Shown one piece after another: positions 25,836 to 35,078 of a DNA stretch of 42,516 bases. Position 1 is the first letter of the stretch. Each line of letters begins with the position of its first letter. The notes beneath the pieces were generated by a model. The model did no database searches and had not been told where the DNA came from. It worked only from the letters and a program-made list of their open reading frames with translations. The stretch covers positions 1-42,516 of the IMG/VR virus record IMGVR_UViG_3300022906_000001. One strand, written 5' to 3'. Source of the DNA: a virus. Lineage: Duplodnaviria; Caudoviricetes. A program made the translations under genes and the position numbers.

Positions 25836-27602
25836 TTAAAAGACCGCCTTTCCTGTCCCTTGGTTCCGGGTGCGTACCTTGCCGCTGTTCAGCACGATCC
25901 TACGGCCCATGCGCGCCCCGACCATGCACACGGCGAGGTCGACCCGCTTGTCGCTGTCGCGGGTCACCTTGCCGAGGCTGACGCCCCACGGGTTGGGTCG
26001 CCGCTTCGCGTTCAGGGCGTGCAGCTTGAGGCGGCCGTCACCATCCCACGTCAGCGTGCCCGACTCTTCGATGTCCTCGACGGTTTGCATGGCGGCAGCG
26101 GTGAAGAGGGCGTTGCGCTGCTGCCCGCCGAGCATCTTAATGCGCATGTCGAAGAGCACGGCGTTGCCGATCCGGGCGCCCGGGGTTGCCCACACCTTGA
26201 GCTTCTTGTGGAAGTCGCGGTGCCACCCGTCGATGAGCGGCATCCAATAGAGCGCCTCGGTCTCGTCGTCCTTTGCCGGCGAGGGGTCGACGCCGAACCA
26301 CTCGACGCGGTAGAGATCGAACGCGCGCCGCACCACGCCGTCGACCTCGTCCCGCGGTGCGAGCCAGCCCTCGCCCTTGTTGCCGCGGGGGCGCTCCCAG
26401 CAACCGAGCACGAACACATGCCCGTCGCTCAGCCGGCAACCCACGATCGCGGTCGAGTCGCCGCTCTTCGAGCAGTCGAGGAACATGGCGATCTGCGTAC
26501 GTTCCTCGACCACGAACGCCCGGGAGAGCGCCGTGAATTTCATCGGGTCGACCCATGCATCCTGCGCGGCGGCGAGCCCATTGAGGTAGTACCGGATCGC
26601 GTCGGCCGGCGGCAGCTCGGGATCGAGCACCTCGTCGAAGAGCCGGTCGAGGTCGGCCCAGTGAGCATCGGCGTACGCCGCCGCGAGCCCGCGCCGCAGG
26701 CTGTCAGGGTCGTAGATGTCCGTGTCAGGCGGCGCCTCGATCGAGTCGTACAGGATGTCGACCTTGAGGTGCGGGCTGGACACCTGCGTCTGCCACGCGC
26801 TGAACGTGCGTTCAGCGATCGAGTCGCTGCCCTGCTGATGCGCGTTGGTGCCGTCGAGCGTGCGCGCCTGCAAGTACTTCGGCGACTTGCCGACGTTGCG
26901 CCGGGCGACCTTCGCCACGCGGTGCCCGCCGCTGCTCTCGGTCATGTGGTGCGTCTCGTTGAGGAAGATTGCCGTAGCGGGGTCGCCCTCGGCCGTCATC
27001 TCCGAGGCCGTGAGCACCTCCATCCGGCCGCCGCCGATCTTGAGCGACGTCATCGTCTTGCCGCAGTCGAGGCCGTAGTACGCCCGCGCCTCGCGGGACC
27101 ACATCGCATTGGCGACCGCTAGAACGTCCTTGCTCTGCGCCTCGGAATTGGAGGCGATCTGCACGAGCGGCATTCCGTGCCGGCCGCCGTACCATTCGCC
27201 CCGGGCCTCATCGTAGAACAATTGCGTCGGGCCGACCAATTCACCGTTGCACCACGCCGCCCCGAACGGGTCTTTGCCGGTACCCTTGGCGCCGCGCTTC
27301 GCACCACGCCGATAGAGGAAGCGGCCGGTGTTCGGGTCGTACGCATACCAGAGGATCAGGAAGCGCTTTTGCCCCGCCGTATACCGCCACGGGCCGCCCG
27401 ACTGCGGGTCGATGAGTCCCGGCTCGTCGGTGTCGCCCTCGGCCCACCGAATGACACCGGGGCCGAGCGAGTACCGCAGCAGGTATTCCTTTTCTGCGGG
27501 GTCGCTCGGCCACGGCAAGGTGACCCATGCGTCCGTTCCGAACCATGGGTCGACGCGGTACCCCGCGAGCATTTCGTCGGGGCGGGTGAGCAGGTCGGTC
27601 AT
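25836..27602 (-). CDS. terL: terminase large subunit (588 aa)
   Basis: KRGAKGTGKDP Walker A, IFLNETHH Walker B, FLDCSKSGDSTA and KRVDLAV nuclease motifs. Confidence 0.92.
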   Translation of the reverse strand: MTDLLTRPDEMLAGYRVDPWFGTDAWVTLPWPSDPAEKEYLLRYSLGPGVIRWAEGDTDEPGLIDPQSGGPWRYTAGQKRFLILWYAYDPNTGRFLYRRGAKRGAKGTGKDPFGAAWCNGELVGPTQLFYDEARGEWYGGRHGMPLVQIASNSEAQSKDVLAVANAMWSREARAYYGLDCGKTMTSLKIGGGRMEVLTASEMTAEGDPATAIFLNETHHMTESSGGHRVAKVARRNVGKSPKYLQARTLDGTNAHQQGSDSIAERTFSAWQTQVSSPHLKVDILYDSIEAPPDTDIYDPDSLRRGLAAAYADAHWADLDRLFDEVLDPELPPADAIRYYLNGLAAAQDAWVDPMKFTALSRAFVVEERTQIAMFLDCSKSGDSTAIVGCRLSDGHVFVLGCWERPRGNKGEGWLAPRDEVDGVVRRAFDLYRVEWFGVDPSPAKDDETEALYWMPLIDGWHRDFHKKLKVWATPGARIGNAVLFDMRIKMLGGQQRNALFTAAAMQTVEDIEESGTLTWDGDGRLKLHALNAKRRPNPWGVSLGKVTRDSDKRVDLAVCMVGARMGRRIVLNSGKVRTRNQGTGKAVF

Positions 27603-27781
27603 TCCGGAAACGCAGCGGCTAGCGCTTCTCTTAGCTCACGTGCAGATCGACGCGTAAGCGGAATGGACAGCCGGGGCACAGCCATCCTCGCAGTCCAGCA
27701 ATTAACCATGACGACATGAGGATCAGCGGTATCGGATACCTCAATTCGACCGACATCGCCTAGATGAATGACACGCTTCAT
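27599..27781 (-). CDS. hypothetical protein (60 aa), atypical low-GC3 codon usage
   Basis: ATGA overlaps at both ends; many A/T-ending codons. Confidence 0.6.
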   Translation of the reverse strand: MKRVIHLGDVGRIEVSDTADPHVVMVNCWTARMAVPRLSIPLTRRSARELREALAAAFPE

Positions 27782-27945
27782 CGCCCCGCCTTTCGGTGGT
27801 GGCGCTCAAGGGCTCGGCGCTCGGCGCGGCTGAGCGTGACCCACTTCGCGGGGTCGGTGACCCACGCCGGCACAGCCGGGAGCTGCCGGCCGGCACGCTT
27901 CGGCTCGGGAGCGGGCTCGTAGGGCTGGTCGCCGCCGAAGCGCAT
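27778..27945 (-). CDS. hypothetical basic protein (55 aa)
   Basis: TGATG coupling to terS; SRAERRA motif. Confidence 0.6.
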   Translation of the reverse strand: MRFGGDQPYEPAPEPKRAGRQLPAVPAWVTDPAKWVTLSRAERRALERHHRKAGR

Positions 27946-28412
27946 CACAGGTCCCGGAAGTCGTCGAGGCGCGAGACGTTCGCCGGCAAGTCGTCGCGCT
28001 CGGGCGGCGGGTCGACGTACTTGATCCGGAGGTCTCGCCGGGCGTCGAGATAGACGCCCATGAGCTTCTCTCGCTGGCGCAGCTCGGCGCCGCTGGCGCC
28101 CTTCCAGCCCTCGGCGAAGCGGGCGTGCACCTCGGCGGTGTCGGCCGCGAAAGACCAGTCGCCCGGCGTCCAGCGCACACAGTGCGGCATGGTCCGGATG
28201 ACGTCCCACCACCACTTGGTGGCCTGCGGCCAGTCGGCGCCCGGGATCACGCCGGCATTGGTCCACGTTACGGGGTCGTTGTTACTCGGCCGCGGCGGCA
28301 GCTCGGGGCCGCCCTGGAACGGCACGTTCGGGATCTCGTCGAACTCGTGCACCGGGTTGCGGTGCACGACCTGCGACCGGTCTTCCTTCGGCTTGGCGCC
28401 TACTGCTGCCAT
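27945..28412 (-). CDS. terS: terminase small subunit (155 aa)
   Basis: GAKPK start; WPQATKWWW, W..GDWSFA.DTA, ELRQREKLMG...DARRDLRI motifs; upstream of terL. Confidence 0.8.
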   Translation of the reverse strand: MAAVGAKPKEDRSQVVHRNPVHEFDEIPNVPFQGGPELPPRPSNNDPVTWTNAGVIPGADWPQATKWWWDVIRTMPHCVRWTPGDWSFAADTAEVHARFAEGWKGASGAELRQREKLMGVYLDARRDLRIKYVDPPPERDDLPANVSRLDDFRDL

Positions 28413-28415
28413 GGC

Positions 28416-28631
28416 TCAGCCCTCGCCCAACTCGGCGACGTAAACCGCAGAGGCGTTCTCGGGCAGGATTCCGTCAGTTCGGCGAACGATACGGACGGCC
28501 TGGCCATCGATGATGATCTGAGTCTCGCCGGCATGCCCCGTAAAATCGACGCCGGTATTTTTCTCGGCCGCAGTCAGCGTGTCGAGCGCGGCGGCCAACC
28601 GGCGCAAGCCGTCGGAGTTAATCCTGATCAT
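28416..28631 (-). CDS. hypothetical protein (71 aa), first gene of packaging operon
   Basis: GGGAGAGAGG RBS; stop 3 nt before terS start. Confidence 0.7.
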   Translation of the reverse strand: MIRINSDGLRRLAAALDTLTAAEKNTGVDFTGHAGETQIIIDGQAVRIVRRTDGILPENASAVYVAELGEG

Positions 28632-28654
28632 GGCGCTTCCTCTCTCCCAAGGGC

Positions 28655-28683
28655 ATCCTAGCAGGTAGCTAGTAGCTCTTAGT
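28655..28683 (-). promoter_or_regulatory. degenerate operator-promoter upstream of packaging/structural operon (-10 TAGGAT)
   Basis: Minus strand GCTACTAGCTACCTGC-TAGGAT, a variant of the shared spacer; poor -35. Confidence 0.6.
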
Positions 28684-28771
28684 CACCATCACTCTCCGTA
28701 ACATAGTTACTTTAAGTAATGTCCGTTTGGTCTGGCTTGACCACATTCTAATCCGTACTGGCCGGCAGACG

Positions 28772-29167
28772 CTAACCCCTGCCGCGCAGCAAACCCCCTG
28801 GGAGGGGGTACCCCCCACCCCGACCGTCACCGTTCGTGATCGTGCTTACTGTCAGTGAAGGGTGAGCCAGTGGCGCTCTGTTACGTTGCGGACGGTTAGC
28901 ATGCATCGCTGCCGCCCCCTGCTTGCCAGTGCGTGACGCGTGGCACGCCTTGCATACGCCCCGCAGGTTCGCATCGCTGTGATCGTCTGGCCCACCATCA
29001 CCATGGTCAACCTCAACCGATGGTGCGCCCCAGCAGTGTGTGCGCAACACGCATCGTGGATCACGCTTGAGGATGCGTGGACGTATGGCCCTATCCCAGT
29101 CAGGGGGTAGGGGTACCGTGCGCCACTCCCGGGTACCACGTGCGCGGGGGGTGTCATTGCTGCCCAT
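28772..29167 (-). CDS. HNH endonuclease (packaging-associated type, 131 aa)
   Basis: WDRAIRPRILKRD..C....C......EVDH......H..ANLRGVCKACH..RT; adjacent to terminase genes. Confidence 0.88.
   Translation of the reverse strand: MGSNDTPRARGTREWRTVPLPPDWDRAIRPRILKRDPRCVLRTHCWGAPSVEVDHGDGGPDDHSDANLRGVCKACHASRTGKQGAAAMHANRPQRNRAPLAHPSLTVSTITNGDGRGGGYPLPGGLLRGRG
28774..28820 (-). other. candidate cos (cohesive end) region
   Basis: GGGGGTACCCCCT palindrome followed by CGGCAGGGGTT, then an AT-rich stretch, between HNH and terS. Positional inference only. Confidence 0.35.
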
Positions 29168-29190
29168 GCCTACCAGCGTATGCACAGAAG

Positions 29191-29260
29191 CATGCCCTCA
29201 CCTAGGGGGGTAGCGGTGAGGGCATGCATGTGGGGTAGGACATGGACCCTACCCCACATG
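29191..29260. terminator. two abutting hairpins (12-bp and 13-bp stems)
   Basis: CATGCCCTCACC/GGTGAGGGCATG (29191-29226) and CATGTGGGGTAGG/CCTACCCCACATG (29227-29260), right after the stop at 29262. Confidence 0.6.
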
Positions 29261-29261
29261 G

Positions 29262-30437
29262 CTACCCCTGCTCGATGGGCATGGGCGTGGCGAACGTGTG
29301 CGGCCGGTTGATCGAACCAACATCGCCATCATTCATCCCCGCGCCCGGGCACACGCGCTGCCCGCTGACAGTGTGGTACCACTGAGGGGAGGGGTGATCC
29401 TCGCTCATCCTGGCGAACCGGATTCGGTTACCGCAGTACTGACAGGCCGAGATCTCGCCCAGCAGGTACGCGTGTGCCTCGTCGGCCTGCCGCTTGGCGA
29501 ACGTCTTGAGGGTCTCCGTGGGGCCCTCGTACACGTTCAGCCGCAGACGCTCAGCAACCTCCGTCAGGTCGTCGCCGAAGGCCACGGTAGCGGCGTCCGT
29601 GTGGCCGGCGGCGTCCATGCGCCAGCTCTCCGGCGGCGTCCATGCGGCCTGCGCACGTTCCTCCGACGCCCGGATAGCGGCACCGAGCTCGGGATCGGGA
29701 CTAAGAATGGCACCGTTCTCGGCCGCCATACGGACAAGGAGATCCGCTGTCGCCTGCTGCTCGGCCGCCTCTTCTGCCGCCCACGGCGCGCCGGCCTGCT
29801 GATACGAGCGCTCCGCCTCGGCGTCTTCGCCAACGTGGCACGTCCGAAGGCCCGAGACGACGCCGCCCGTAGCAAGCGGCTCATCGGCAACGATCCCGGG
29901 CGCATCGAGCGGGTGCGTCTCCGTGGCGCGGTTCCAGAGTGGCACGCTTACCGGAGCCTCTGCCGGCCTTTCGGCATGATCCAAATCCTGAGGTATACGA
30001 CACGGCCGACTGTTACACCATGTGCAGTACTCGCCGCTATTCAATTCGTGGCACTCGATCTTGAAGCACGGTGCGGCGTCGTCCTCATGCCAATGCCCGA
30101 CAGCAAGGTGCGGGCCGCCGTGCTTCCTGCCCTGAAGCGAGCAACCACACTCGGAGTCAGCCTCATGCGCCTCGTATCGAGTCGCCGGCACGAGGTCGCC
30201 GATACGCACGTAATCCTGAGGGCGCGAGCTGCTCACGTGCAGCGGCAGTAAGCCAGCGGTAATCAGGTTCGCGCGCTCGGTCTCGGTGAGCCGCGACCGC
30301 GGCGTGCCGACCCGTAGCTCGCGGGCGAGCTTGAGCAGCAGCTCGGCCCTGGCGAGATCGTGCGGGCCGCTCGTGAGGCCGCGGGCAATCACTATGGCCT
30401 CGCGCATGAGCTCGGCGGGCGTCGGTAGGTTTGTCAT
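29262..30437 (-). CDS. hypothetical protein with several Cys/His clusters (391 aa)
   Basis: ATGA-coupled; CTWCNSRPC and CQYCG...WYH...C motifs. Confidence 0.7.
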   Translation of the reverse strand: MTNLPTPAELMREAIVIARGLTSGPHDLARAELLLKLARELRVGTPRSRLTETERANLITAGLLPLHVSSSRPQDYVRIGDLVPATRYEAHEADSECGCSLQGRKHGGPHLAVGHWHEDDAAPCFKIECHELNSGEYCTWCNSRPCRIPQDLDHAERPAEAPVSVPLWNRATETHPLDAPGIVADEPLATGGVVSGLRTCHVGEDAEAERSYQQAGAPWAAEEAAEQQATADLLVRMAAENGAILSPDPELGAAIRASEERAQAAWTPPESWRMDAAGHTDAATVAFGDDLTEVAERLRLNVYEGPTETLKTFAKRQADEAHAYLLGEISACQYCGNRIRFARMSEDHPSPQWYHTVSGQRVCPGAGMNDGDVGSINRPHTFATPMPIEQG

Positions 30438-31084
30438 CGGATCAGCCCTTCTAGATCGGTGTGCGTGAGCTTGGTCGCCGGGCGCTCGACGTCAATGCGC
30501 CACGCGTACGCGACATCGACGGCCCATCCCGACCTGGGGTTTTTGTTGCCGGCCTTGCGCGTCCACGTGGCGACGGCACGCAGCGGGCCCTTGCGCAGGC
30601 GCACCGCGCAGCCCTCTGAGCGGTCACCTGCGAGCCAGTACCACGCCTCGACGTCCCAGGCCAGGGCGGTCGCCTTCCGGCCGAGGCCGACCGCTTGGCG
30701 ACCCTGGTAGCCGGCAATCTCGTGCGGCCCGCAGGGCGGCCGTGCGGGCACGATAGGCGGCCGTACGGCGTCGGGCATCGCCGCGAGCTCTTCGAGGTGC
30801 CGCTTTTCGTCCCGGGCCGCCCGGTCGGCCGCGATCACGTCCCGCCAGTTCCCGGGGCCCGGGGGCGGCGGATCGCGGAAGGTGCCATGGCGTAGCTGCG
30901 TGCCCTTGCCCGGACACCGATGTGTGATCTTGCCGTTCTCAGCGAACGCGAGCAGGGGGGCGGGTGGCTCGGCTACGGACAGATGCGCGTCCACGGTCTC
31001 GCCGCAGGCGCACACCGGGCACCGCACGTCCTTGCCCCGACGCACGTGCACGTCAAGGAAGTAGCCGCACCCGCCGCACCTCAC
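30434..31084 (-). CDS. hypothetical protein with N-terminal zinc-binding motifs (216 aa)
   Basis: GTGA-coupled start MRCGGCG...CPVCACG. Confidence 0.65.
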   Translation of the reverse strand: MRCGGCGYFLDVHVRRGKDVRCPVCACGETVDAHLSVAEPPAPLLAFAENGKITHRCPGKGTQLRHGTFRDPPPPGPGNWRDVIAADRAARDEKRHLEELAAMPDAVRPPIVPARPPCGPHEIAGYQGRQAVGLGRKATALAWDVEAWYWLAGDRSEGCAVRLRKGPLRAVATWTRKAGNKNPRSGWAVDVAYAWRIDVERPATKLTHTDLEGLIR

Positions 31085-31380
31085 TCGCTCTTCGCCCACG
31101 TGACGAAGAGCACGAACATGACCATGAGGAAGAGGCCGGAAACGTCGCTGAACGCTGCCCACTCCTGCGCGAGGCTGGCCGTGAACCACGTACCGAGCAT
31201 GGCCGCGCCGATGACGAGCGACGGCACGGGACGGCGGTCGCTGCGACGCGGAGCAGGGATGTGGGCGAACGGGTTGCGACCGGCCGCGCTCTCGCTACGG
31301 ATGTGGGCGACCGTGGCGTCATAGTCGTCGCCCATGAGCTCGCTGACGGGCACAGTAGCGTCGGGGTCGTCGCGGGTCAT
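31081..31380 (-). CDS. membrane protein (99 aa, two C-terminal TM)
   Basis: ATGA-coupled; hydrophobic C-terminal segments. Confidence 0.7.
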   Translation of the reverse strand: MTRDDPDATVPVSELMGDDYDATVAHIRSESAAGRNPFAHIPAPRRSDRRPVPSLVIGAAMLGTWFTASLAQEWAAFSDVSGLFLMVMFVLFVTWAKSE

Positions 31381-31838
31381 TTCTTGATCCATTCGCCGCA
31401 GCGCTGCGAGGTGAACCACTGGCCGGACTTGAGGGTCACCTGCGGACGGCCGCCCTGAACGATGTCGTTGGCGATGATGTTGCCGCCCTCGGCGTCGGTC
31501 GACTTCATCCAATAGCAGTCACCATCGACACTTACCGGCACCCTGTACGTGCCAGCGGGCACGTCCTCGCCGACGTGCACGAGCGTGTCGGCCTCGATCT
31601 TCACCACGGGCTTGGTCGGCTTGACCTTCGGCGCGCTCGGGATCGTGGCGGCCGAGGTGCTGGCCAGCGGTGCCGAGCTGCCGAAGGTGGGCTCGTCGGT
31701 CGTGACGACCGTGCCCTTGTCGGCGGGCTTGCCACCCGTGGCCGCGGCGATGATGACGCCCGAGCAACACACGGCGAGCAGGCAGAGCACGACGATGCCG
31801 AACACGGCGCCACCGCTCAATTTCCTCTTGGGGGTCAC
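31377..31838 (-). CDS. membrane-anchored surface protein (153 aa)
   Basis: Basic N-terminus, TM helix, Ser/Thr/Pro linker, VGEDVPAGTY...CYW...C domain typical of actinobacterial lipoprotein-like proteins; AGGAG RBS. Confidence 0.8.
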   Translation of the reverse strand: MTPKRKLSGGAVFGIVVLCLLAVCCSGVIIAAATGGKPADKGTVVTTDEPTFGSSAPLASTSAATIPSAPKVKPTKPVVKIEADTLVHVGEDVPAGTYRVPVSVDGDCYWMKSTDAEGGNIIANDIVQGGRPQVTLKSGQWFTSQRCGEWIKK

Positions 31839-31874
31839 TTCGATCTCCTAAGTCATGCGTGCGTTTGTCATGTA

Positions 31875-31904
31875 AAGCTAGCAGGTACCTAGCAGGTTAT
31901 GCAA
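31875..31904 (-). promoter_or_regulatory. promoter with operator-like spacer (TTGCAT-18-TAGCTT)
   Basis: Exact CCTGCTAGGTACCTGCTAG on minus strand at 31878-31896. Confidence 0.85.
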
Positions 31905-32145
31905 CCCACTTGGGGATGACGTACAGAAACAGGACGACGCCGATAAACCACGCCAGCACCATGCCAGCCGAGGTCAGCATGTCGCCGTATCGAATACGCA
32001 TGCGGCGCCAGCGGTCGCCGGCCAGCGGCAGCGTACGGCCGGCGCCGGGTGTGTGCGGACAGCGCGCGGCCACCTCATACGTGTTCCAGAGCGCACCACA
32101 GGAGCAGAGCACGCCCTCGTCGAACGGCAGCACCACGAGCGTCAT
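31897..32145 (-). CDS. small membrane protein with Cys motif (82 aa)
   Basis: ATGA-coupled to helicase; C-terminal TM helix. Confidence 0.65.
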   Translation of the reverse strand: MTLVVLPFDEGVLCSCGALWNTYEVAARCPHTPGAGRTLPLAGDRWRRMRIRYGDMLTSAGMVLAWFIGVVLFLYVIPKWVA

Positions 32146-33749
32146 CGTCGCCCCCTGTCGAGCATCGCGGCGGCGCGCTCGGTCACGCGGTCGTTCCACA
32201 CGTCTCCCCGCGTCCGGCCGCCCCGGATCTTTTCCTTGCGCCACGGCGCGTCCCGCTCGGCCATCCACAACGGCCGCTCGGCAACGTATTCGTCGCCGGC
32301 CGCCATGGCGTAGCCGATCTCCATATCCTCCCGGATGAGCCCGCTGTGCGGTGCCGGTTGATTGGGGTGTGCCACCGACCACCGCAGGTCGAAGCGGTCG
32401 TTACCGCGGTAGGCCAGATAGACGAACCCGGTGCTGCCGGCCGGCACGAACCACGTCCCGCCGGGCGTGCGCAACCACGACGTGTGCGACTGCTCAAAGA
32501 GGTCGATCAGCTCGTGCGCGAGCTCGCCGTCGGCGTACTCGATCGGCTCGGGCTCGTCGCTGCGGTCGTCGGTGACGACCTCCGCCGGCAGGGGGTCGAC
32601 GAGGTCTTCCTCGTACATCAAGAGGTCGTCCTCGATGTCCTCTGGGCGATCGGCGCCGTTGAGGCTCGCGAGGGTGGCGAGCTTGTGCTTGCCCGTGACC
32701 CCCGTGACGTCGAGGATCCAGCAGAAGCGCTTACCCGGGTGCAGCCGCAGGCCGCGACCAACCATCTGCTGATAAAGGCTCGTGCTCGACGTCGGTCGCC
32801 CGAGGATGACGCACCCGATGCTCGGCAGATCGGTGCCCTCGGTGAAGAGGCCGACGTTGCACAGGACGAGGATCTCGCCGCGCCGGAACGCCTCAAGGGC
32901 GGCGGCACGCTCGGCGGCCGGTGTGGTGCCGTCGAGGTGTACCGCGCGGTAGCCGGCGTCGTTGAACGCCTGCGCCTGCTCGATGCTGATCGCCACGGTG
33001 GGCAGGAACGCGACCGTCGGCACGTCCTTCGCGTGTTCCTGCCACGCCTCGACGATCTTCCGGGGCGCCATGGCGGCCGACATGGCTGCCCCGAGCGCGC
33101 CCGAATTGAAGTCGCCGGCTACCCGCTTCACGCGCCCGAGGTCGAGCCCTTGGATCTTCACGCGCACGCCGCGGGGCGGCACGAGGAAGGGCCCTTCCGG
33201 GTGCCGGATGAGATCGATCAGGCCGATCGTCGGGTCGACGATGCTCTCGAAGATCTGCCCGAGCGCCGCGCCGTCCGAACGGTCGAAGGTAGCCGTGAGG
33301 CCGAGCACGCGCGGTCCGTCGGCCTCGAACGCGCGCAGCTCGGTCAGCACCTTGACGTAAGTGGCGGCAGTCGCGTGGTGAGTCTCGTCGATGACGATCA
33401 GGCCCCACTGACGCGTGCGCAGCAGCGCGAGCGTGGTGTCGGTGCTGGCCGTCTGAATGCTGCCGATGACGAGCTCGGCGCGGTACTGCTTGTTCCGCCC
33501 TTGCAGGCGCCCGATGCGCCGGCCCGGCGCGACTTGCCGCGCCTTGTCGATGGCCTGATCGATCAGCTCGGTACGGTGCGCCAGCCAGAGCACGGGTAGC
33601 CCTGCCTCGAAGCACAGATTGCACACGCTCATGCCGGTCGGGGTCTTGCCGCCGCCGGTCGCCATCACGGCGGCCGTACGGCGGTATCCCTTCCCCCACT
33701 CGACGATGATGCCGTTGACGAGCTCTCGTTGATAGCTGCGCAGCTTCAC
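32142..33749 (-). CDS. superfamily 2 DEAD/DEAH-box helicase (535 aa)
   Basis: LRSYQ, ATGGGKT, IDETHH, GLTAT, FTEGTDLP, YQQMVGRGLR. Confidence 0.93.
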   Translation of the reverse strand: MKLRSYQRELVNGIIVEWGKGYRRTAAVMATGGGKTPTGMSVCNLCFEAGLPVLWLAHRTELIDQAIDKARQVAPGRRIGRLQGRNKQYRAELVIGSIQTASTDTTLALLRTRQWGLIVIDETHHATAATYVKVLTELRAFEADGPRVLGLTATFDRSDGAALGQIFESIVDPTIGLIDLIRHPEGPFLVPPRGVRVKIQGLDLGRVKRVAGDFNSGALGAAMSAAMAPRKIVEAWQEHAKDVPTVAFLPTVAISIEQAQAFNDAGYRAVHLDGTTPAAERAAALEAFRRGEILVLCNVGLFTEGTDLPSIGCVILGRPTSSTSLYQQMVGRGLRLHPGKRFCWILDVTGVTGKHKLATLASLNGADRPEDIEDDLLMYEEDLVDPLPAEVVTDDRSDEPEPIEYADGELAHELIDLFEQSHTSWLRTPGGTWFVPAGSTGFVYLAYRGNDRFDLRWSVAHPNQPAPHSGLIREDMEIGYAMAAGDEYVAERPLWMAERDAPWRKEKIRGGRTRGDVWNDRVTERAAAMLDRGRR

Positions 33750-33961
33750 GGCTTGATCAACCCACGACGGATCGCTTCGGCGCGGCCGGCGACCGTAACG
33801 ATCACTTCCGACTGTCCGCCCTCGATCGACTCCGTCTTGACCAGTCCACGACCGCGCAGCGCGGCAGCCGTGCGCCCCCAACGGCCAAACGTGCCCACGT
33901 ACATCTGCGGGTTGACGCACACGTCGATCAGCAGCTCGATCATGTTCGGTGTGAGCCTCAC
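33746..33961 (-). CDS. small winged-helix-like protein (71 aa)
   Basis: RTAAALRGRGLV...VTVAGR pattern; GTGA coupling at both ends. Confidence 0.6.
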   Translation of the reverse strand: MRLTPNMIELLIDVCVNPQMYVGTFGRWGRTAAALRGRGLVKTESIEGGQSEVIVTVAGRAEAIRRGLIKP

Positions 33962-34110
33962 GACGCACGCACCAAGCACCGGGCGCGATCGCTCAGCGGC
34001 GGCCGGCGCCGGATGAGGCGCGCCGTGTTCCGGTAGCGCCACTCGGCCTCGTGGTCACCGTTACGGCACGCACCGTACGCCGCCGCCATCCACGTCTCGG
34101 CGGCGCTCAT
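33958..34110 (-). CDS. hypothetical protein (50 aa)
   Basis: ATGA/GTGA coupling at both ends. Confidence 0.55.
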   Translation of the reverse strand: MSAAETWMAAAYGACRNGDHEAEWRYRNTARLIRRRPPLSDRARCLVRAS

Positions 34111-34385
34111 CGGTCGAACCTCGGCACCGGGTGGCCCGCCGAACCGCAGTGCGTCAGCACCACGCGCAGCAGACTGCCGAGATCGCCCTCGGGCCACGGC
34201 AGGACTGCACCGCACGGGCAGTACGCCTCGTCGCTCGCGATTTCGTATTCACTCTGGCCGGTCGTGAAGTTGTCATAGCTGAGCGGCCACTCGTGGAAGT
34301 CGTGCGGGACGTTGACCACCTTCACGCCGCGGCCAACCGTGCGGTACACGGTCTCGATCGGCCGGCGCCAGTAGAACAGGCTCAT
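34107..34385 (-). CDS. hypothetical protein (92 aa)
   Basis: ATGA coupling; CPCG...HC...GH motif. Confidence 0.6.
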   Translation of the reverse strand: MSLFYWRRPIETVYRTVGRGVKVVNVPHDFHEWPLSYDNFTTGQSEYEIASDEAYCPCGAVLPWPEGDLGSLLRVVLTHCGSAGHPVPRFDR

Positions 34386-34603
34386 GACAGCGCCCCCGCC
34401 GTGAGGATCGCCGAGCCAATCAGCGCGCAAGCGGTAGCGGCGTACAGCTTGGCGCCGAGCAGCACGGCCGCGAGGTGGCGGTCGCCGTCGGCGGCCTGCG
34501 ACCACGCCAGCCGGTAGGTCATGCTGGCGCCGATAGCGAGCAGGGCGAAGATCACAGCGCCCACGATGAGCGCTTGCACGACCGGGGCGTAATACGGGCT
34601 CAT
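34382..34603 (-). CDS. small membrane protein (73 aa, two TM)
   Basis: ATGA coupling; hydrophobic segments. Confidence 0.6.
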   Translation of the reverse strand: MSPYYAPVVQALIVGAVIFALLAIGASMTYRLAWSQAADGDRHLAAVLLGAKLYAATACALIGSAILTAGALS

Positions 34604-34782
34604 GACGGGAGCGTGTCCTTTCGGGGCACCTGCTGCGGGTGGCGGTCGTGGTGGTCGGCCTCGGGGGTGGCGCAGCGCATGCCCGGCCAGCCGTCGCCCT
34701 CGATGAGGTAGACGAAGTTGCACGTGTCGGCGAGTTGATTACCGCCCTGATAAACGTGGTCGGTGACCGGGCGGGCGCTCAT
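34600..34782 (-). CDS. hypothetical protein (60 aa)
   Basis: ATGA coupling; H...C...C...H pattern. Confidence 0.55.
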   Translation of the reverse strand: MSARPVTDHVYQGGNQLADTCNFVYLIEGDGWPGMRCATPEADHHDRHPQQVPRKDTLPS

Positions 34783-35078
34783 CTCCACGGCGATCGCGGC
34801 CTCTCCTGCAATTCGAGCGGGTAGCCGCCCGGGCGGTCCGATGAGCGGGCGATACAGCTCGGGCATGCCGGCGTGCCGTTGAACGTCAGCCGGCCGGTCG
34901 CCCTCTTCTTGGCGGCGGCCGGGGTCTCGGTACGGGTACAGATCGGGCACCACGGCGCCGGGCGCGGTGCGGCGTCCGGGCCCTGCCCCGAGAGGGCGGC
35001 GTGCAGCTCGGGCCAGAAGTGGCGTAGCCCTTCCTGCTTGCCAGCGCCCGCCTCGCTGAAAATTGACTCCGCACTCAT
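34779..35078 (-). CDS. zinc-finger-like protein (99 aa)
   Basis: CPIC and CPSC pairs; ATGA coupling. Confidence 0.6.
   Translation of the reverse strand: MSAESIFSEAGAGKQEGLRHFWPELHAALSGQGPDAAPRPAPWCPICTRTETPAAAKKRATGRLTFNGTPACPSCIARSSDRPGGYPLELQERPRSPWR

Noticed and set aside
25836-27602. Inactive terminase because Walker B reads NETHH rather than DE
   Set aside because: The catalytic Glu and the other motifs are intact, and I recall this variant in related actinophage terminases; no sign of decay.
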